32,000 nucleotides of DNA. Source: Ignicoccus pacificus DSM 13166 (lineage in GTDB: Archaea; Thermoproteota; Thermoprotei_A; Sulfolobales; Ignicoccaceae). Position numbers and translations under genes: made by a program. The stretch is from assembly GCA_025340205.1 (NCBI GenBank), contig CP006868.1, positions 210,001 through 242,000 of the forward strand, in the 5' to 3' direction. Of the stretch, positions 1-7,915 are shown piece after piece (within the stretch, counting starts at the first letter, position 1; every line of letters starts with the position of its first letter). The notes under the pieces were generated by a model, which saw only the letters and a program-made list of their open reading frames with translations, was not told the DNA's origin and did not search any database.

Positions 1-247
1 TTGGGGAAGCCACAAGGTGCTGATCTTGATACCTTAAACGTGCTTTGGCTAACGATTTAGTGATAAAAATTATGCAATTACCCTTCTGACATTTTCTCCT
101 TTCTTTATCACCATCATGATTTCTTTGTTGTTCATTGTTTGTTCATTGTTCTTACTTCAAATAACTTCTACAATGAACCATTTCTCTATCCACAACTATA
201 TTTCATTTACGCTCTTTACGTTAGCTAGGAGATGTGAAGGATTTTTG

Positions 248-893
248 CTTTCTATTCACTATTGTAACTCTCCGTGACTATTACTATCCCTCAGAGTTCG
301 AGGACTTCGTAAAGACTTTCTATTCACTCTTGTAACTCTCCCTCCTAATATTTGACAAAAGCTTGACACTGATCAGCGTTCAACTTTCTATTCACTATTG
401 TAACTTCTCAAGTGGGGCAAGTACTCGGGCCTTCCGTTGGATAGAATTGCCTTTCTATTCACTATTGTAACTTCTCATTTCCTGAAAAGTGCATGTGCGA
501 CATCCTAATGTACGCTTTCTATTCACTATTGTAACTTCTCTCACACCCGACAGCTTCGAGAGGTGGCAGTTAGCCGATAGGACTTTCTATTCACTATTGT
601 AACTTCTCGAGGTGGAAGGGATGAAGGAAGGGAAGAGAATTGAAAAGTATGTAATAACTTTCTATTCACTATTGTAACTTCTCATCAACGATCCTAGGTT
701 CATTGATTGTAAGATCCTCTCCTATCTTTCTATTCACTATTGTAACTTCTCTTTATCCTCGGCGATCGCTATCCCGGCCGAGGGAAGATAATACATCTTT
801 CTATTCACTATTGTAACTCTTCTAATAGCCGGATTTCTCATTGGAGGAATAGTCGGTGCTCTGCTAGCTTTCTATTCACTATTGTGACTCTTC
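248..893 (-). CRISPR. CRISPR array: 10 copies of a ~26-nt repeat (+ strand CTTTCTATTCACTATTGTAACTTCTC; core CTTTCTATTCACTATTGTAACT), 9 spacers of 38-49 nt
   Basis: Repeats start at 248, 316, 384, 451, 515, 583, 658, 726, 797 and 868. Copies 3-8 are identical. Copies 1-2 end in AACTCTCC and copies 9-10 end in ACTCTTC. Copy 2 also has CTCTTG and copy 10 has GTGAC. The minus-strand repeat ends in ...GAATAGAAAG, like crenarchaeal repeats ending in GAAAG, so leftward transcription is inferred. Confidence 0.96.
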
Positions 894-1360
894 CCAGCCC
901 CTCCTATTTAACTAGCCCTTCCTTTCACTAATAAGCCATTCCTTTCCCACTGCCTTGATTTGGTTACTTTATTAACTTTGAATACTTAAGCTTTCATGAG
1001 AACAGTTTTGCTCTACTTTAATCAATTAGAATTACCTAACTGAAACTAATGGTCAAACAAAAGAGTTCATTATCATCGGCGTTCCCATGTATGTGCTAAT
1101 GGAAAGAATTGCTTGGTCTTCAAATGAATTGAAGAATTCATATTCAAAGGCGAATAGTGCTCAAGGTAAAGGGAAGAAAGGAGACCATAAATGTTCTGAA
1201 GTGTGCTCATGGAGAAGTGTAAATAATAAGGAACGAGAGTAGTGATGGGGATTTATGGAAGTGATTGACTTGGAAGGAAATAGAGAAGAGACTTCAGATT
1301 CGATGCTAGAAAGCTAAAGGATTCGGAAAGTCGAGAAGAAACAAAATGGGAGCGCAAGGA

Positions 1361-1855
1361 TTACTTCAACTTGAGCTCGAACTCGCAGTAAGGATCTCCC
1401 TTAGCTAGACATTTGACTTCCTTCCCATCTACCTTCCTCCCCCAAGCCTCCTCCAACCATCCAGCGATGAAGCCAACTACGGGAGCATCTACCGGTTTCT
1501 TTCTCCTCTCTTCCGAAAGCTTGGCACCCAACAAGGTTCCCCAAGCCCTTATCACTATCTTCTTCTCATTTCTCTCAACTATTTCCATTCTATCAGCGTA
1601 TCCACTCTTCTCGATTGTGTATATCAAGGCTTCCAGAGCGTGCTCCGGCGTTATGAGGCCTCTTTCTATGACATTCTTTACCATACTCTTTCCCGCCTTC
1701 TTGGCGACGTTGTAAAGTAGACCTCCGGCGAACATCATGACTTTCTCGAAGCCCTTGTAGAGGTCCGCGATAACGTCCTTAGCTATGAGGATGCTTTCAT
1801 TCTCTATGGCTTCCTGGAGTTTTGAAAGTTCGTCCTCGCTAAGAGATGAGGTCAC
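1361..1855 (-). CDS. V4R (4-vinyl reductase) domain protein
   Basis: ORF of 164 aa with C-terminal motif EVKCLAKGDPYCEFELKLK, typical of the C-x(5-6)-G-x-P-x-C-x-F signature of V4R domains. Confidence 0.8.
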   Translation of the reverse strand: MTSSLSEDELSKLQEAIENESILIAKDVIADLYKGFEKVMMFAGGLLYNVAKKAGKSMVKNVIERGLITPEHALEALIYTIEKSGYADRMEIVERNEKKIVIRAWGTLLGAKLSEERRKKPVDAPVVGFIAGWLEEAWGRKVDGKEVKCLAKGDPYCEFELKLK

Positions 1856-1997
1856 AAACTCACCGTGTCTCCTTCAAGGAGGATATCTAAATTTTCAATT
1901 CTTAAATGAAAAATAAAAGGAATACCAAGAAGACTATGTACTAATAGCTCAGAGGAACACCCTCACACGGTGAAGAGCCTTCCGTCAGCTTAAGGCC

Positions 1998-3236
1998 GTG
2001 TTAATAGTCGGTGACGGAATGGGAGATAGACCCGTCCCTTCCCTAGGCTTTAAGACGCCCCTCCAAGTTGCTTCTACGCCGAACTTGGATGAGATGGCGA
2101 GAAGGGGACAAGCTGGCCTAATCAACATCATCGCTCCCGGCATACCTCCCGGAAGCGACACTGCCCACATCTCACTCTTCGGCTTGAATCCCTACGAGTG
2201 GTACGAGGGGAGGGGCCCCTTCGAGGCCATGGGCGTGGGAGCGGAGCTCGAGAAAGGCGACGTCGCCCTTAGAGGAAACTTCGCTACTGTGGAGGAGAGA
2301 AACGGAAAGCTCATCGTCGTTGACAGGAGGGCGGGAAGAAAGGTTCCAGAAGCGGAGGAGCTGGTAAAGACCTTAAATGAAAAACTCGGGAAGGTGGAGG
2401 ACGTAGAGGTCAGGTTTTATCATGCAACAGAGCACCGATTGGCCGTAGTTCTCCACGGTCCTGACCTAGATGACAAAGTCACCGATACTGATCCCCATGA
2501 AGTTGGAAAGCCAGTAGCCGAATCTAAGCCCTTAGATCCCAACGATCCCAAAGCGGTTAAGACCGCCAAGATACTCAATGAAATAACCTTGAGGAGCTAT
2601 CAAGTTCTCAAGGATCATCCAGCTAACAAGGAGAGGGTCAAGAAGGGACTTCCCCCGGCAAACATAGTGCTCTTGAGAGGGGCTGGGATGCTCAGGAAGC
2701 CCTTGCCTAAGCTACAAGAGAGGTATGGGATAAGGGCAGCGGCAGTAGGAGCTACAGCTTTAGTTCTAGGAGTTGCCAAGGCCGTTGGAATGGACGTTTA
2801 CATACCGAAAGGCGCTACCGGCGGAATAGATACCGACTACAAAGCCAAGGCGAGGAAGGCCGTGGAGTTGCTAAAGGACTACGACTTCGTCTTCGTTCAT
2901 TTGAAGGGAACGGATGCCGCTTCTCACGATGGCTTGGTCGAAGCCAAGGTGAAGATGGTGGAGGCTCTGGACTACATCGCTGGCTACTTGTTAGATTACT
3001 ACGACGGAGAGGCAGTCTTCGTCGTAACTCCTGACCACGCTACTCCTCTCACCGTTAAGGAACACACGGGAGATCCCGTTCCAGCACTGATCTACGGACC
3101 TACCATGATTCCCGACGACGTAAAGGAGTACAATGAAGTCTCAGTGAGGGGAGGAGCGCTACAAGGAATTACCGGAAGGGACCTCTTCCACTTGCTATTG
3201 AACTATGCTAATAGGATGAAGAAGTTCGGAGCTTAG
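1998..3236 (+). CDS. apgM: 2,3-bisphosphoglycerate-independent phosphoglycerate mutase, archaeal type
   Basis: LIVGDGMGDRPVPSLGFKTPL, PGSDTAHISLFGLNPYEWYEGRGPFEAMG, NFATVEE, HLKGTDAASHDG and VTPDHATP are hallmark alkaline-phosphatase-superfamily apgM motifs. GTG start at 1998. Confidence 0.95.
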   Translation: MLIVGDGMGDRPVPSLGFKTPLQVASTPNLDEMARRGQAGLINIIAPGIPPGSDTAHISLFGLNPYEWYEGRGPFEAMGVGAELEKGDVALRGNFATVEERNGKLIVVDRRAGRKVPEAEELVKTLNEKLGKVEDVEVRFYHATEHRLAVVLHGPDLDDKVTDTDPHEVGKPVAESKPLDPNDPKAVKTAKILNEITLRSYQVLKDHPANKERVKKGLPPANIVLLRGAGMLRKPLPKLQERYGIRAAAVGATALVLGVAKAVGMDVYIPKGATGGIDTDYKAKARKAVELLKDYDFVFVHLKGTDAASHDGLVEAKVKMVEALDYIAGYLLDYYDGEAVFVVTPDHATPLTVKEHTGDPVPALIYGPTMIPDDVKEYNEVSVRGGALQGITGRDLFHLLLNYANRMKKFGA

Positions 3237-3281
3237 TCCCATCTTTTAACAATAACTAATTCAAAATATCATAGGGAGACC

Positions 3282-3695
3282 TTGAAACTCCATCGGAAGC
3301 TAAAGGAAAGGGCCGAGAAGTTCTTGGTGGAGGCGGAAGAAGATCTAAGTAGAGGATGGGAAGATATAGCATCATTTCACTCGGAACAAGCGTTGCAGCT
3401 CTACCTGAAGTCACTGTTGAGTAGGTTTTACAGCGAACCTCCTCGAGGACATGAAGTAAGAAAGCTCTTCGGCGAACTAATCAAGGTGCTTAGGTCTATA
3501 GAAAGGAATGACTTAGCGAAGGAAGTAGAGGACTTTGTTAGAGAGAACAGAGAGGGTTTAGTCGTTCTCGAAGAAGCTTACTTTGCATCGAGGTATTGGG
3601 ACGTAGATATAGATGGAAGAAAGGCCTTAGAGATCGCGAAAAAGGGAATAGAGTTGCTTAAGAGGATAGAGGTGGAACTGTGGAGCACTCCTTGA
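3282..3695 (+). CDS. HEPN domain protein (putative toxin of a HEPN/MNT pair)
   Basis: AEEDLSRGWEDIASFHSEQALQLYLKSLL is HEPN-like. It overlaps the following nucleotidyltransferase gene by 16 nt. Confidence 0.8.
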   Translation: MKLHRKLKERAEKFLVEAEEDLSRGWEDIASFHSEQALQLYLKSLLSRFYSEPPRGHEVRKLFGELIKVLRSIERNDLAKEVEDFVRENREGLVVLEEAYFASRYWDVDIDGRKALEIAKKGIELLKRIEVELWSTP

Positions 3696-4024
3696 AGCTG
3701 ATCGCCGAGGAGTATAAGGAGCTGATGCAGTGGAAGGAATACTTACCCGCGGTGGTGAAAGCGATCAAAGAGGTTTTGCCCAATTCGAGGGTCTATTTGG
3801 TTGGCAGCATAGCTAGGGGTGATTATGACATCACCTCTGACGTAGACGTATTGGTGGTAATTGAAAATGAACCGAGCTTTGAGGAAAGGGTTAAGATAAA
3901 GACTAAGATTTGGGAGAAAATGGACGAGTTGGGAGTTCCTTGGACCTTACCGGTAGAGGTTCACTTGGTAGGACCAGAGAGAGCTAGGGCATACTTCAAA
4001 GAAAGAGTCGTGAGACTGTCTTAG
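3680..4024 (+). CDS. MNT-type minimal nucleotidyltransferase (putative antitoxin)
   Basis: VYLVGSIARGDYDITSDVDVLVVIE matches the GSxxRG...SDxDV nucleotidyltransferase motif. Confidence 0.88.
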   Translation: MEHSLKLIAEEYKELMQWKEYLPAVVKAIKEVLPNSRVYLVGSIARGDYDITSDVDVLVVIENEPSFEERVKIKTKIWEKMDELGVPWTLPVEVHLVGPERARAYFKERVVRLS

Positions 4025-4067
4025 CTAGTGGGAGCTGAGAATGCAATTGAAGACAACTGTTCTCTGA

Positions 4068-4532
4068 TCATTTACATTTACCACATTTCTTCATGTGTCT
4101 TGAAGACACTCCTTTTGCTATATTTTCTAGAAGTCGTTCACAAGAAGTTTTTATCTTCCTTTCTAATGTGTTGATATCAGAAAACAACCGCACGTAGCCC
4201 TCTGTGCTCTTCTCATCAAGGATGTAAACTGGAATTACACGCTGACATATTTTTGATCCTTTTACACACTTGTATACATAAAAGCTAACGTGAATCCTTT
4301 CTGGAGGCTTCCCTTGAGGTAAGGTTAAGTGCAATTCTACCCCGTCTGCGCCGTATTTCCTCGCTAACTGAATCAATGAGGGCATTAGGTTTTCTTCAGT
4401 TCTATAAATTAATAGATTTGTGCCATCGCGAGTCGTTATTATTTCATCAGGAACGCCGAAGATGAATTTCCCGAGAGCGGTTTTCAAAAAATTTGAAACA
4501 AATTCGAAATTATATTGGTTGTCTTTAGACAT
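4068..4532 (-). CDS. hypothetical protein
   Basis: 154-aa ORF with a plausible protein composition. No family recognised. Lies 16 nt downstream of 4548..4766 on the same strand. Confidence 0.6.
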   Translation of the reverse strand: MSKDNQYNFEFVSNFLKTALGKFIFGVPDEIITTRDGTNLLIYRTEENLMPSLIQLARKYGADGVELHLTLPQGKPPERIHVSFYVYKCVKGSKICQRVIPVYILDEKSTEGYVRLFSDINTLERKIKTSCERLLENIAKGVSSRHMKKCGKCK

Positions 4533-4547
4533 GTTAGGTCCACCACG

Positions 4548-4766
4548 TTATATCAGCTTCACTTGTTTCACAGCCTTCCCTACCGCGCTCTCTAGTGCGT
4601 CTTCTATTTCCTTTAAATTGGTAGAGGTTACACGAGTTACGAACGTAGCACCGAAGAAGCCGGGCTTCCTGATGATCCAATCATCAGCCTTTTTGTCATA
4701 TACTAGCTCATAATCCTCGATTTTGCCGTCTGCCCAACGAACCTTTATTTTGTATTTGGTCTTCAC
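4548..4766 (-). CDS. small hypothetical protein
   Basis: 72-aa charged ORF in apparent operon with 4068..4532. No family recognised. Confidence 0.55.
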   Translation of the reverse strand: MKTKYKIKVRWADGKIEDYELVYDKKADDWIIRKPGFFGATFVTRVTSTNLKEIEDALESAVGKAVKQVKLI

Positions 4767-5601
4767 GGCATTGCACCTTCTTCGCGCTTAATTCTATGAG
4801 AACAACTAATTGTTTTTCTCTAAATTTCAGATATTTCTCTACTTTAAGTGGATAGAGAATAAAATTGATTTTGTTTTATTGATTTAAAATTTGAAAGTTT
4901 GATTTTTAAAGTAGTTTCAAAGACAAAGATAATGAATGATTTTAAAACACACTCTGATATAGATATATAGGAAGCCCCTTTTTATAAAGGATTATCTATC
5001 TGTATGACAATAGTTGCTACTGTTCAAATAAAAACAGAGGATGATTACGAATTCCGAGAATGAAAATGAATGGACAGAGCGTTAAATTCATCATTACTAT
5101 CTATCTATTAAAAGAGATAGACTCTCCCTCTTGCAAAACGTTTGGTGAAGTAAGTGTTTCCAATGCTACACATAAGGAAGCTGTAGAGGAGTTCAGCCGC
5201 TAGGTGTGCTTAAGTCAGGAAAGATGCTATGGGTAAAGGTAGTATTAAAGACATTTGATACTCGTGTCCTCACAGCTCACTAAAATAGAACTATATCTGT
5301 TATGTGGATTGGTGCATGACCTACTCAAGATAAACTCTAAATACATTCAATACGTCCCGATACAAACTAGGAAAACTAGAATTTGATGAAGACATAATTA
5401 CTTATATGGGGCTAAAGTTGTCGAAGTCAATCAAAGTTATGAAACTAATTATGAATTCGAGATAGTCGAACAGAAGACGTTTAGAGGGTTCCGAGAGGAA
5501 AGCGATAAATTCAAGCCCTCTATAAAGGAAAATATAGTTGAAACTCTCACGAAGGAAAGGAGGTAGTAACTGAGAGTATGTTGATGAATATAGCCGTTAA
5601 T

Positions 5602-5971
5602 ATGAGTGTTTTCGCCGATTATTTTATACCCATATGAAATAAATCCCAAAAGGACATGAAGTAGCGAGAGACATTCCCAATAAGCTATCGGACTTGGACT
5701 CATTAGTCTATGAACTATTCTTGTTTAGAGTAGAACTTCGAGCGATATTGATCAAGAAGATCAGACCAAGGATGTCTTGAAGTTATTAGAGGTTACATTA
5801 AATTATGTAAAACATAATAGGAGAGAAGCTATTACACGAAGAGCGTCAAGGGTAGCTCTACTTACTGGTTGCGGAACTATAGACGTTTACTGTATAGCAA
5901 CAGCCGAACGTATCAATGGAATCTTAATAGTTAACGATAAGATTATAAAAATACCTTACGGGTTGCTGTAG
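5602..5971 (+). pseudogene. degraded VapC/PIN-domain toxin-like gene
   Basis: Fragments in different frames: MSVFADYFIPI* (5602), then LSDLDSLVYELFLFRVE, then VLKLLEVTLNYVK...TIDVYCIATAERINGILIVNDKII. The last fragment resembles the PIN C-terminal D...ATA...LxTxD region. Confidence 0.5.
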
Positions 5972-6669
5972 AGGCTTAATATTTACTTGATGGAATGTAT
6001 TATAAAGCACTAATGAAGAGAATAATACACTTAACATAATGTGGATGTGGAAGCTCAGTGCCCTAATACTAACTAAATGAGGATCTATTTGAGGATCAAG
6101 GAAATTTGTTTGCTTGCTTCAAGGTAAAGAGAACTAAAGTTCGTTTTAAAGTCTATTATTTGCTTGGACCGAAGGAAAAAATGGATGGGGAGAATCGGGG
6201 AAGTTCATGAGGAACTAAACTGCCTTTTAATTATCTTGTCTTCTTGCATGTAATCTTAGTCCCATTAGTTCCTCACTTCCAAGTTCATCGACGTTGAAGC
6301 TGGGGGTCTTAGTGAAGAGTAGTTACGAAAGCAAACGGGTATGTACAATGCTGTTTTGAAGTTTTGTACACAAGCTTGATAGCTACTTGGGAGTGAAGCC
6401 TTATTCAAGGCAATTGTTTTGCTCTACTTTGATCTTGAGTATTTATTGAGATAGGTTAAAGTTGAACAACTTGTAAATTACGTTTGCTTTAACTATGTAG
6501 TTCGAATGTGATGAAGAAGTTTCTAAGAAGTTCGTTGAGTTGTTGATTAAGTTCAAGAGGAATAGTGAAATGAAAACGAGTTGACGAGGTGTGGGAGTAA
6601 GTGGGGCTCTGAAGAAATAGCTTCGTTCAACTCTGCTTTCTGATTATCCTAAGGGAGCTAGGGAGCATT

Positions 6670-6745
6670 GGCGGGCGGGGATGATGAGGACCCCCGTTGG
6701 AGATAGGTGATCGGCGGTTGACTCTCTGATCCCGACCCGCCCGCC
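6670..6745 (+). ncRNA. candidate C/D-box-like small RNA with extended terminal stem
   Basis: GC-rich island in AT-rich DNA: GGCGGGCGGGG (6670-6680), C box ATGATGA (6681-6687), D box CTGA (6726-6729), then TCCCGACCCGCCCGCC (6730-6745), with a 10-bp perfect GGCGGGCGGG/CCCGCCCGCC outer stem. Confidence 0.55.
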
Positions 6746-6787
6746 TTCGTGGAGAAAAAGCGGTTTTGGGATTAATTAACGCAGGTT

Positions 6788-7819
6788 CTACCTTATCACA
6801 GTCGTGGTTACCACTAGAGTCTTTGTTACGTAGATAACCTTAGTGGTCGTTACAACTACAGTCTTAGTGAGAGTGATAGAAGATGCTGTGAAAGGTAATA
6901 CAAACGCAAAAGGTTCGATTGGAGCGTATTTGCGGACGCGAATCCAATCTATTAGTAATCCTCCTCTTCTGAATTCAGAGAAACCTATTCGGAAAGGAGC
7001 TTGTATGATATGATCGATATCTATCATGAACTCTTGTTTGAAGCCGGATAACGATGATTTTCTAAGGATCAACAGTCTATTCTTTTGAATTGTGATACTA
7101 TAATATACTCTTTCGAAGGGTTTCCACTGTACCCTGTAGTCGGCCAGCCACTCATTTTTATTACCATGTTTGATGAAAATATCTGGATCGAAGCCATATG
7201 GTCAGGTTTCATGTTGTATGCCTAAGTGATAAGGTAATAAAGGATCTCTAACTAGAAGTATTGTACCACCAACATTAGCTTTTCGACTAGTAACATCCAT
7301 TTCGATAATGTTATTTGGATATATGTAATAGACACTGTAGATGTAGTTATTACCACCGAAGGGAACCGATTCTACTTGCGGTTCGAGTAAGAATGAGTTG
7401 CCTAGCTTATATACTTGAGCATATATAGTTCTGGCCCATTTGCTTTCATCCAAATACCCTTCATTAAAATCATCATAGAAATCAAACACCTTATCCCCTT
7501 TCACCGCCCCATTTACCCCAACCTCAATGACAAGCTTTGTGTCCCCATTTGCTGGAATGCTCGGAATCTTCACCCAAATGTACTCATCTCCTTGAGCTGG
7601 ATCCGTGGTACATTCCCCAGTCAGCGTCTCGTAGCAGAAGGGAACGAGATTTCCGCTCGTGTCCTTAATAGTTATCGCTTGTCCTTGAAGGCTTGAAGGA
7701 AGTTTCGCTCTAACTTGGAAGTCCGTTAGAGCTTGTGAGTTTGGGTTGTGTACGATCATTAGGTAGCTCTGAGCAAACGCCAATGAAACCAGTAGCAAGG
7801 ATAGGGCTATTGCCTTCAC
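6788..7819 (-). pseudogene. DUF2341-like secreted/surface protein gene interrupted by one in-frame TGA
   Basis: ORFs 7202..7819 and 6788..7072 are in the same frame, joined by open sequence ...GIQHET*PYGFDPDIFIKHGNKNEWLADYRVQWKPFERVYYSITIQ... except for TGA at 7202-7204. There is an N-terminal signal peptide (MKAIALSLLLVSLAFAQ) and a Thr/Val-rich C-terminal stalk. Confidence 0.7.
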
Positions 7820-7915
7820 CCTTACACCGTGCTATAATATAGAGCTAGAGCTTAAGGAGTTTCATGAAGGGATTTCAGAAACGGAACCCGAAGGCTTCCT
7901 TATGTCCTTGAGCAC

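Noticed and set aside
183-206. TTTCTCTATCCACAACTATATTTC as an eleventh degenerate CRISPR repeat
   Set aside because: Only loosely similar to the repeat; spacing is not supportive enough to include it.
1027-1243. Open frame including MYVLMERIAWSSNELKNSYSKANSAQGKGKKGDHKCSEVCSWRSVNNKERE
   Set aside because: Short, no strong start context and no recognisable family; may be a relic but not supportable as a gene.
1413-1715. Track ORF on + strand, 100 aa
   Set aside because: Antisense to the V4R gene; low-complexity Ser/Pro/Phe composition typical of a mirror ORF.
4420-4713. Track ORF on + strand, 97 aa
   Set aside because: Antisense to two more plausible minus-strand genes; no recognisable motif.
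5449-5703. Track ORF on - strand, 84 aa
   Set aside because: Lies opposite the PIN-like and upstream relics; composition is not convincing, so not called as a gene.
6503-6550. GTGATGA near 6520 as a second C/D-type RNA
   Set aside because: No consensus D box or closing stem; better explained as part of a former coding segment.
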